Positions 38,659 through 47,080 of a stretch of 64,000 bases of DNA are shown here, in pieces. The translations under genes and the position numbers were made by a program. This DNA comes from a virus (lineage: Duplodnaviria; Heunggongvirae; Uroviricota; Caudoviricetes). The stretch's first letter is position 1. The number at the start of each line of letters is the position of its first letter. The notes beneath the pieces are model-generated. The model did no database searches. It worked only from the letters and a program-made list of their open reading frames with translations, and was not told where the DNA came from. Where the stretch lies: positions 20,848-84,847 of the IMG/VR virus record IMGVR_UViG_3300045988_147489. One strand, written 5' to 3'.

Positions 38659-39213
38659 ATGAAGAAGTGCCATCTCAATATTTTCGCATCTCTAATAATT
38701 GCGTTAACACTAACAGGGTGTAACGAATCTGAAATAGATGAATTAACGTTAATAGGCAAAGATAAAAGTGAACTTGAACAAAATTATAAAGCCCAATTCA
38801 AGAAGCTAACACAAAATGTTGAAGTGTTTATTCTTCAAGATAAAAATAGTCCGACTGAAAAAGAACCGCATACGAATGGCAACCTGATCGACGGAAAAGT
38901 CGAAATGTCATTAACCAGTAATGTTGGTAAGTATACATTCATCCAGATAAGTGAAATGCTGACAAAGGAGTACGGAAAACCCGTTGCTACAAAAGATCGT
39001 GTTTTTAACAGAGAAGCAGTATCTGGCATGGACTGTATTGAAACTAAAACTTGTGGAGCTGGTAAATATTATGAAATCTTTCGAGGGAAGGATAGATTGA
39101 TTATGGTGTCAAACGGTGCCGGTCTTTTACACGAAAAGGAAGGTGTAACACTACTCACCATCACCGATAAACAATTTAAATTTTCTCGTTTAGAAGAAGA
39201 TAAAATAAAATAA
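38659..39213 (+). CDS. putative lipoprotein (AT-rich cargo gene)
   Basis: signal peptide ending in lipobox LTGC; visibly AT-rich codon usage unlike neighbours. Confidence 0.5.
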   Translation: MKKCHLNIFASLIIALTLTGCNESEIDELTLIGKDKSELEQNYKAQFKKLTQNVEVFILQDKNSPTEKEPHTNGNLIDGKVEMSLTSNVGKYTFIQISEMLTKEYGKPVATKDRVFNREAVSGMDCIETKTCGAGKYYEIFRGKDRLIMVSNGAGLLHEKEGVTLLTITDKQFKFSRLEEDKIK

Positions 39214-39420
39214 TGACAGGGGCGTATACGCCCCTATCTAAAATTTGACATTAAACATATATTGCATCTGGTATCAGCAATTTTTGTGCGCTATGTAAGT
39301 CCTTACCTGCAATCAGTCTCATAAATATCGGATTTTACGTAGCGTACCATCGTTACAGCAAGCATCAAATTATTCACTGACATTTATGCGCTGAAAACAG
39401 CGTTACTTACCGTAAAATAA

Positions 39421-39455
39421 CAATTTTCAGCGCAAAATTTAAAGAGGCTTCGAAT
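39421..39455 (+). repeat. copy 2 of direct repeat (degenerate version of 38500-38530)
   Basis: CAATTTTCAGCGCAAAATTTAAAGAGGCTTCGAAT versus TTTTTTCAGCGCAAAATTCAAAGGGGCTTCGGCC. Confidence 0.5.
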
Positions 39456-39464
39456 CTGCACAAC

Positions 39465-40793
39465 CTATTGTGCGTACTCGCCCAATTTTAATGTTTCACG
39501 CTTATATTCATCAACTATCTCACATGATTTAATATAGATATGGCACAATAGGTTATCACTATCATCATTATCGTTTATTGCCATAAGTGCCAACTTTTTC
39601 TCATATTCATCGATCGCATCACTCAACTGATCACCTGTAATTACATCTGACTCACTCGAGAAATATAACTGCCCAAGATTTACCGCATTTTTTCCAGTTT
39701 TTCTTTGCTCTATGTAATTTTTAATCATATCCTTCACATCCTTTTCACTACTCAGTATTTCACTTTCGAAATGGACATGCTCTGAAATCGACGCGACTCT
39801 GCAACCGATCAAACGATGAATATAGTCATCAATAGACGTAACACTATCATTAGCTTTTTTTAGTGCTTCATCAAAAATGCTCTTTACCTCATTTGGCAAA
39901 TTTTTAAAATAATCATCAATTAAACCAGATAATGGTGTTTGGTAGTTCATTAATACCGATGAAGCAACTTGCGGACGACGAGCCACCCAGATTTCTTTGA
40001 CTTCAACTTGAGAATAATATTCCTTAATCACGTTCCAAAAGTATTTTAACATCTTGGTTTTAAATATTTTATCAAATCTATCCTTTATAAATAGCTCTAC
40101 TTCAGGCATGCTTGAATAAGCATCATCAAAGAATATTTCATCTTTGAAAAAATCATATTTATTTAATAAAGCATACAGTTTTTTTGAATCCAGCGGTTCA
40201 CGAGAATCGATGTCCAATCCAAAAACTGCAATAACCAACTTCATTTGCGGTGGTATTTTTCCACTCAATTGAATAATATATTCCATTTTTTCATCAAAAC
40301 AATTTCCATCTATGTAAAATCGGTTATCTACATAGACTAATATATTGGTAATATGTTTTATGTACTGAATAACCTCATGCTTTCTTACCAATGGATAAAA
40401 AAACGAATGCATTTCATTTTTATTAAATTGTTTTTTTGTCTGTTCAATGATTGGTATGACATTATTGTACAACTCATCATGCTGATTTAATAAAGTGTCA
40501 AACCATTCTTTGAAAGAATTTTTTCTCATCTCAATCAATGAATCGGTAGTTATCCTAACGGCCTCCAGTGCTGCCTTTGCACTTTTTCTTGCTTCATAGG
40601 CGTTCCACGCTGTTGCACAAAAAGCCGCTGTCGTTATAAAACTACTCAATACAGCAATTTGGTCTGTAACCTTCCAATCTTGAAATGGCTCAAGTAGTAA
40701 ACCTAAAAACAAAATTATTATGGAAAACATTAGAATTGCAACAGAAATAAAAACAGGCATGTATGCTCTCGTACTTACCATTGTTAGTTGCAT
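39465..40793 (-). CDS. 442-aa membrane protein of unknown function (two N-terminal TM helices plus large cytoplasmic domain); candidate accessory/defence gene
   Basis: long ORF on opposite strand to surrounding genes; strongly AT-rich; no catalytic motif recognised. Confidence 0.5.
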   Translation of the reverse strand: MQLTMVSTRAYMPVFISVAILMFSIIILFLGLLLEPFQDWKVTDQIAVLSSFITTAAFCATAWNAYEARKSAKAALEAVRITTDSLIEMRKNSFKEWFDTLLNQHDELYNNVIPIIEQTKKQFNKNEMHSFFYPLVRKHEVIQYIKHITNILVYVDNRFYIDGNCFDEKMEYIIQLSGKIPPQMKLVIAVFGLDIDSREPLDSKKLYALLNKYDFFKDEIFFDDAYSSMPEVELFIKDRFDKIFKTKMLKYFWNVIKEYYSQVEVKEIWVARRPQVASSVLMNYQTPLSGLIDDYFKNLPNEVKSIFDEALKKANDSVTSIDDYIHRLIGCRVASISEHVHFESEILSSEKDVKDMIKNYIEQRKTGKNAVNLGQLYFSSESDVITGDQLSDAIDEYEKKLALMAINDNDDSDNLLCHIYIKSCEIVDEYKRETLKLGEYAQ

Positions 40794-40932
40794 TAAATAT
40801 TAACTAAATTAAGTTGTGATTAACAGGCAAGTTTACGATGTATTGCAGACATTAAATAGGTTTTTACTTACCTATCTTTTATAGTAATATTTATTTTCTG
40901 GTTAAGTAACACATAATTATTATGAGGTAAAC

Positions 40933-41178
40933 ATGACTATCGTTATCTACGGACGAGATAACTGCTCATATTGCAAACGTGCGGTCGAGCTGGCGAAACA
41001 ACTAAAGGGACACGGCTATGGTGATTATGAGTACATCGACATCACCACTGCCGGTATCGATAAGGAAAAACTTAGCGAAATTGTTGGCAAACCGGTAGAG
41101 ACTATCCCCCAGGTACTGATCGATGGCCAACCGATTGGCGGATACACAGAACTGGCTGCATACGTCACCACTCTCTAA
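40933..41178 (+). CDS. glutaredoxin-like protein
   Basis: N-terminal CSYC active-site motif in thioredoxin-fold context (VIYGRDNCSYCKRA); 81 aa. Confidence 0.7.
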   Translation: MTIVIYGRDNCSYCKRAVELAKQLKGHGYGDYEYIDITTAGIDKEKLSEIVGKPVETIPQVLIDGQPIGGYTELAAYVTTL

Positions 41179-41183
41179 TTTTA

Positions 41184-41208
41184 ACGGCTCACAGGAGCCG
41201 TTTTTGTT
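41184..41208 (+). terminator. rho-independent terminator
   Basis: CGGCTC-ACAG-GAGCCG followed by TTTTTGTT. Confidence 0.65.
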
Positions 41209-41388
41209 CCCACCAAACTCACGCTTGGTTCCCTTAAAATTCAAAAAACAACGGCTAAATGATTCCATACCTACTATGTATGGAATCATTACTGAAAATG
41301 AGTTACTTTTACTCTTGATCCTATAAGAATCTATGCCTAATATACTGTTTACTTATACAGTGAATCGGCGTAACTCGGTGATTGTCAT

Positions 41389-42492
41389 ATGAAAAATAGC
41401 TTTGACAGAGCACGCGCTGCGGAGAACACCTCAAAAGAGGCGATTGAGTATCTCGAAAGAGCATCTCAAATGCAGGCCGTTATGATCTCGCAGGTCAGCA
41501 ATGACATGAGATTCTCGGACGCATTCATGTTATTCACTCGCTTATCTCTGCTGATAACAAGACGTCGGCCAGAGATCGCTGTTCATTGTATTTTGATACA
41601 TGTTTTGCCGCACATTGCCGATGTAAAAGTAAGTGACATTAATAGGTTCATGGTGAACCAACTGGTCAACCCACTAATACTGGATGGCAAAATTGTTATG
41701 GGCCGCCGCGTTTTCTCTCTGATGAAGCAGTTCCTTAGCTGGTGCGCCTTCCAGGGGATGATAGACGTGTCACCGTTAAACGATATGTCACTAAACAAAG
41801 TTGCCGGTGGCGCAAAGCCTACACCTCGCGAGCGGAAGCTGACCGACGCAGAGGTATGGGTGTTCTGGAATATATGGGACTACTTCAATGTGTGCGCTGG
41901 TACAAAATGGGCGGCCAGGCTGTGTCTTGTATCCGCAAGACGACCTGACGAAGTACTGCGGGCTAAAAAAAGTGAGTTCAATCTTAAGCGTGGGGTTTGG
42001 AATCAAGGCAAGAGGAACAAATCTGCCCGTGAGCATTCTCTGCCTTTAAGCTCATTAATGCGCACTTGTATTGAAGAGTTGTTCGAATATGGTAAAGACA
42101 GCCAGTGGCTCGTGCCTTCGAATAAAAAAATCGGGAAAGACCTTCCTATGTCTAAAGTGGCAATAGCCCAGGCATTACGTCGTATTCTGGAACGACCAGA
42201 ACTGATGGAGCTTGAGCCATTTACACCCCGAGATTTGCGCCGTACTGCGCGTAGTTACTTCCCAGCATTAGGCATAAGCCAGGAGGTATCACGTAAAATC
42301 ATGAACCACAGTCTTGAGGGGATAGATCGGGTCTACGACCGGCACGATTATATGGACGAGATGCGAGACGCCTTAGAAAGTTTCTCGACGTACATCGCAT
42401 CAATCGTAGAGCAACCGGATTTAGACGAAATTGACCACAAATTTAAGGGAGATCGTCTATCAACAGAGCTTATTCGTGTAAATTTTTCATAG
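41389..42492 (+). CDS. tyrosine recombinase / phage integrase family protein
   Basis: C-terminal catalytic-domain pattern with conserved Arg/His/Tyr (LRRTARSYF, HSLEGIDRVYDRHDY). Confidence 0.75.
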   Translation: MKNSFDRARAAENTSKEAIEYLERASQMQAVMISQVSNDMRFSDAFMLFTRLSLLITRRRPEIAVHCILIHVLPHIADVKVSDINRFMVNQLVNPLILDGKIVMGRRVFSLMKQFLSWCAFQGMIDVSPLNDMSLNKVAGGAKPTPRERKLTDAEVWVFWNIWDYFNVCAGTKWAARLCLVSARRPDEVLRAKKSEFNLKRGVWNQGKRNKSAREHSLPLSSLMRTCIEELFEYGKDSQWLVPSNKKIGKDLPMSKVAIAQALRRILERPELMELEPFTPRDLRRTARSYFPALGISQEVSRKIMNHSLEGIDRVYDRHDYMDEMRDALESFSTYIASIVEQPDLDEIDHKFKGDRLSTELIRVNFS

Positions 42493-42873
42493 AGACTTTA
42501 TGGCCTCAACAACCTTTTGTGATGCGCCTTTCTCTTTACCGAATCGCTCGTTATATGCAGCAAGAACCTGTTTTTCGTCCTCGTTAAGAGGAGCAGTGCC
42601 TTCTTTGTATAAAAATGCTGCGAGTTCGGGTTGGCGTTCTTCCAGCACCATCATCATAAGACGACTTGGCTCAATGCCCAGTGCCAGCGCCAGCGGACGA
42701 ACCTTATCGATAGGCAAAGGAATTTTGCCGCTTTTAATTAAAGAAAGGTTGTTGGCGTTTTTATACCCAATTGTTTTGGCTATCTGGGCCTGGCTCATAG
42801 GTGAGGATTCAATCAACCCTGCGATAAAAGCAGCATAGCGACTTTCTATAAATTCAATCTTGTTGTCAGACAT
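42487..42873 (-). CDS. HTH (XRE/Cro-CI-like) transcriptional regulator
   Basis: helix-turn-helix signature QAQIAKTIGYKNANNLSLIKSGK; 3' end overlaps integrase 3' end by 6 bp. Confidence 0.6.
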   Translation of the reverse strand: MSDNKIEFIESRYAAFIAGLIESSPMSQAQIAKTIGYKNANNLSLIKSGKIPLPIDKVRPLALALGIEPSRLMMMVLEERQPELAAFLYKEGTAPLNEDEKQVLAAYNERFGKEKGASQKVVEAIKSL

Positions 42874-43123
42874 TGTTACAACCTTTGCGCGTTCAATTCT
42901 CTCTGGTAAGTGCTTACCGATATTACATCAAAGGTTAGGGTTGTAAAGCTATTATCATTTTTTCGATAGGCACTTAAAAGACCGGTTAAAGGCCATTGCA
43001 CGGAGAAAAATTGGCCCAAAACAGGTAAGAAAATTAACTTGCATATGATATGAATGTATTCAGTATTGATATAAATTTTAGTAGTATTCCTTACCATAGT
43101 ATAAGTTAGAATGGATTGATTGA

Positions 43124-43336
43124 ATGAACACCACTATTTCCAGCCTAATCGCTCTTGAGATCGGACACGTACAGAAATTAGCTGATGAGTGTGTAGCTGA
43201 CATCCTCACCGATCTACCGAATGAGCAGATTCAGGTTGGTGTGAATGACACAACTGGCTTTATATTCGAACTTAACAACAAACGCTTCACGCTTCTCAAT
43301 ATCGGCTCCGGGTCTTTAGCCGTCAGAATCTGTTAA
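43124..43336 (+). CDS. hypothetical small protein
   Basis: 70-aa ORF; followed by 9-bp-stem hairpin CTGCGCGAA...TTCGCGCAG at about 43350-43383. Confidence 0.3.
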   Translation: MNTTISSLIALEIGHVQKLADECVADILTDLPNEQIQVGVNDTTGFIFELNNKRFTLLNIGSGSLAVRIC

Positions 43337-43434
43337 CCCCTCTTCTCCCTGCGCGAATGGCTTAGTTCCCTGTTCGCGCAGTGCTACATTAAACACACTA
43401 GTAAATAATTTGTTTTCATAACAAAGGATTAGCC

Positions 43435-45543
43435 ATGTCTAAAAAACGTTCCATCAAAGAGGTTCAGGACTTCCGTGACAGTGTAAAACGAGTAGTCGCT
43501 CTCCTTTCAGGTAAAAACATCCCTGTTGCAGAACGAGGGGACGACGCTTATGTACGCTATAACGATGATGGAGAGCCAATTCTCGTAAACATCCCATCAA
43601 TCCCGGATAACGCAACACCGGCATTGATGAATGCTGTGCGCGGATTTCTCGATCATGAGGTTGCTCACATTTTGTTTACCGATATTCGTGTGTCCAACAA
43701 AATGAGAGAAAAAGGACGCGTTCCTTCCTGGTCGCTATGGAATGCCTTAGAAGACGTGTTCATCGAGCGAAAAATGGGTCAGGTCTTTAACGGAACAAGA
43801 CGTAATCTGATGGCAACTCAGCGCCTTATAATCGAAAAAGTCTTTAAACCAAAGGCTTCAGAGGCTATTGCTTATTGTGGCAAAGATCAGCGCGCGCTTT
43901 TTCTAAACTTCTTTCTCTGTCCGGTTGTAAGAGCCTGGGATGGCCAAGCACCGTTCGTAGATTTCATGGATGAATACTGGCCTGTCATTGAGAAACCAAT
44001 TTCATTATTAAAAGAACATGGTATCGATGTGGCCGTGCGTAACATGTCTTGCACCGAGGATTGTGTAAAGGTGGCTGCGACCATAGCTAAGATCCTCAAA
44101 GACACTGAAAGTGAAAGCAAAGGTAAGGAGTCAGCTCCGGGAAAAACTTCCGATCCTTCAGACGCTGACCAGACGGATGCCTCTGGAGAAAACAATGAAG
44201 ACAACGAAGATCATGAGACACCCTCATCGTTAGATAATCACAAATCTATCGAATCAGAATCACATAGTAAGCACAAACATGATAATAACGACAGCGATGA
44301 TTCAGATAATTCTGAATCATCAGAAACAATATTCGATGATACAGAAAATGATAAAGAGGTATCAGATTCTGATGCTTCTGATAACGCGGCGTCAGAATCA
44401 TTAACCGCTGACCACGAAAAAAGAAAAACGACAGAAGACGGCTCTTCAGATATCCCAACTCCGTCAAAAATGAGTCTGGAAGAGGCTTTAGAGGAGCTGG
44501 ATAGCATAGAAGATGAAGTCGGAGGCATGACAGAAGATGCTCTATCCGAAACGATTAAAAGCGAGTTAACAGAAAGCTCGAAAAGCGAATACAGGCCATA
44601 CAATCGCTCATACGACTTCATCGGCTCGATTGATCAGGCAGAAGCCCATATCAAACGGCTTATTAAAACATTCTCCGATATTGATTTGGGAGGATATCCA
44701 ATCAGCCGCTATCGCATCGTTCCTGAAGGCAACCAGCTCTTCGACAAATATATTGAAAAGCATCTTTCGTCAGGTGTTTCGTCGACGCTGGCAAAAGACC
44801 TGGAGCGAGCAATAGCAAGCAGAAACAGAGTTCAGTTTATACCGGGCCAGCGTCGGGGGCGCATTCATGGTTCTAGTATCTACAGATTAGCAATGAATGA
44901 TGCTCGCGTGTTTCGTAAAAAAGAAGAATCTAAAGCCGTTAACGCCTGTGTTCAACAAGTGATTGATTTATCAGGTTCAATGAGTGGTATAACGATTAAA
45001 CTGGCTCTTGCAAGTGCATATACCATCGCCGATGCCCTTGATCGAATAAATGTTCCCAACATTATCACCGGCTTCACTACATTTGGTAGTCATATGGCGG
45101 CAGGAGAACTTAAGGCTGTCAAGTATGAGTTCTCTCGCTTTGAATCTTTAATGCTACCTATCATCAAAAATTGGAATGAAAAGGTAAATTCTCGCGAAGT
45201 TCGCTCACGTATGGGGTGCGTAGGCTACACATTCCCACTTCTTAATAACGTGGATGGTGAAAGCATAGCCAGCCTTGCATCGTTATTTTCCGGTCGCTTG
45301 GAGGACAGGAAGATCATGCTTGTTCTGAGTGATGGCGCGCCGTGGGCTGTTGGGAGAGGTTTTGACGCTCATTTGCGTTCAGTTGCGAAGCAAATTGAAA
45401 CGCAGACTGATATTGATTTGATGGCAATTGGCATCATGACTGACGCACCGGAGAGATTTTACTCAAATCATGCCCTGGTAACGAGCGTTGATAGTCTTGG
45501 TTCATCTGTAGTTACTGAACTATCTCGTATCATTTTAAAGTGA
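43435..45543 (+). CDS. von Willebrand factor A domain protein with long acidic Ser/Asp-rich linker (CobT-like architecture)
   Basis: MIDAS motif VIDLSGSMSG; low-complexity acidic region about aa 230-370. Confidence 0.65.
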   Translation: MSKKRSIKEVQDFRDSVKRVVALLSGKNIPVAERGDDAYVRYNDDGEPILVNIPSIPDNATPALMNAVRGFLDHEVAHILFTDIRVSNKMREKGRVPSWSLWNALEDVFIERKMGQVFNGTRRNLMATQRLIIEKVFKPKASEAIAYCGKDQRALFLNFFLCPVVRAWDGQAPFVDFMDEYWPVIEKPISLLKEHGIDVAVRNMSCTEDCVKVAATIAKILKDTESESKGKESAPGKTSDPSDADQTDASGENNEDNEDHETPSSLDNHKSIESESHSKHKHDNNDSDDSDNSESSETIFDDTENDKEVSDSDASDNAASESLTADHEKRKTTEDGSSDIPTPSKMSLEEALEELDSIEDEVGGMTEDALSETIKSELTESSKSEYRPYNRSYDFIGSIDQAEAHIKRLIKTFSDIDLGGYPISRYRIVPEGNQLFDKYIEKHLSSGVSSTLAKDLERAIASRNRVQFIPGQRRGRIHGSSIYRLAMNDARVFRKKEESKAVNACVQQVIDLSGSMSGITIKLALASAYTIADALDRINVPNIITGFTTFGSHMAAGELKAVKYEFSRFESLMLPIIKNWNEKVNSREVRSRMGCVGYTFPLLNNVDGESIASLASLFSGRLEDRKIMLVLSDGAPWAVGRGFDAHLRSVAKQIETQTDIDLMAIGIMTDAPERFYSNHALVTSVDSLGSSVVTELSRIILK

Positions 45544-45638
45544 ACAAAACAGCCTTAATGATAAGTTACTACTTACGATAGATGATGATATATTTATATA
45601 AGAAGTTGAACGCTCATTAGAGAACAAAGGAAAAACGC

Positions 45639-46874
45639 ATGACGACTACTGCACTGCAAAATGAAAAAAATCCTTCTGATTACCTTGTTTGCAAGTGGTG
45701 CGGCAAATCATTTCACTATTTTAAGTCCCATGTAGCCAATGGTAATTGCGAGGGCATTCCTGAGTCAGTAAAAGATGCCGATCCTGACACCGTACTGAAA
45801 ATGTACACAACGCAGTTTCCAGATGAACCAACGCTATCGAAAAAGGCACTTGATGCAATTCAAGCTAAACGTGCCGAGCAAAAAAGCGAAATGGCCAAAT
45901 CTTCTGGCTTGACCAGTAGCCCTGGCTACACAGGCACAGTTGAGTACAAGATGGATCTGGTCGCAGCTCACGAACTGCTAAACGTAACGGTGGAAGAACT
46001 CGGAACAAAACGTGGGACGCCGCTCATGGTTAGCGTCAACGTCAATACGCCGTATCCAGAGTTCGTTCCCGAAGTGAAGAAAGGCTACGTATATGGCGAC
46101 TTCGAACTGATCAAAGATATTTTCATGATGCTTGAACTTGGCATACCTGGCTATTTGTGGGGTCATGCAGGAACAGGCAAATCGTCATTGCCTACACAGC
46201 TATGTGCTTTGCTCAATCGTCCGTTGATCCGTGCCCAACATACAGCATCAATGGAAGAGGCACATGTTACGGGGCAAATTCTGGCGCGTGATGGCTCTAC
46301 GTATTTCGAACCTGGCTTGCTTGCGCTCGCAATGAAGCATGGCTGGGTTTACCTCGCGGATGAATACGACTTTGCGTTTCCACAAATTCTTGGCGTGTAT
46401 CAGCCAGTGCTGGAAGGTGAAGCGTTGGTCATCAAAGAGGCAACTCCAGAATGGCGTCGCATTACTCCGCATGAACGGTTTGCTTTCATTGGCACTGGCA
46501 ACACGAACGGATCTGGTGATGAAACCGGCTTGTACCAGGGTACAAACATCCAGAACGCCGCGAACTTTTCGCGTTTTGGCATCGTTTCGAATGTGAAATA
46601 CATGAGCAAAGACGCAGAGATCAACATGTTGACAAATGCAGGCATCGTGGATGAATACGCTGAAAAGATGGTTAAGTTTGCCGGTATCGTTCGCGATGGA
46701 TACGAAGAACACCTTATTAGTCAGCCAATTGGCCCTCGTGAACTTTTGTTGTCGGCCAAGATTGGAATGATGCGAGGCGACTTTGTGACAGGTATTGAGC
46801 GTTCTTTCATTAACAAACTCCCTTCAGCTTCTGCACAAGCGGCTCGTGAAGTTGTTCAAAAAATATTTGGTTAA
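45639..46874 (+). CDS. AAA+ ATPase (MoxR/CobS-like) with N-terminal Cys cluster
   Basis: Walker A GHAGTGKSS, Walker B VYLADEYDF; CxxC...C..C near N-terminus. Confidence 0.65.
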   Translation: MTTTALQNEKNPSDYLVCKWCGKSFHYFKSHVANGNCEGIPESVKDADPDTVLKMYTTQFPDEPTLSKKALDAIQAKRAEQKSEMAKSSGLTSSPGYTGTVEYKMDLVAAHELLNVTVEELGTKRGTPLMVSVNVNTPYPEFVPEVKKGYVYGDFELIKDIFMMLELGIPGYLWGHAGTGKSSLPTQLCALLNRPLIRAQHTASMEEAHVTGQILARDGSTYFEPGLLALAMKHGWVYLADEYDFAFPQILGVYQPVLEGEALVIKEATPEWRRITPHERFAFIGTGNTNGSGDETGLYQGTNIQNAANFSRFGIVSNVKYMSKDAEINMLTNAGIVDEYAEKMVKFAGIVRDGYEEHLISQPIGPRELLLSAKIGMMRGDFVTGIERSFINKLPSASAQAAREVVQKIFG

Positions 46875-46876
46875 TC

Positions 46877-47080
46877 GTGCGTAAAGGATGTTTCGGCTCT
46901 CTTATCGCTGCTTCTGAAACTGGTAAGGCTTGTCTGGTGTGTCCAGACAAGCCCGATTGTCACCAATCAGCAAAAGAAGTTGCGATTTCGATGCATGGGA
47001 AGTTCGTAGGCTTCCCCAATGACAAAATCAAAAAAACCAGAAAGGTAAAAACACATGAAGGCACTGATGGTTCGAACTGA
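46877..47080 (+). CDS. small Cys-rich hypothetical protein
   Basis: 67-aa ORF with GTG start, overlaps polymerase start; weak. Confidence 0.2.
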   Translation: MRKGCFGSLIAASETGKACLVCPDKPDCHQSAKEVAISMHGKFVGFPNDKIKKTRKVKTHEGTDGSN

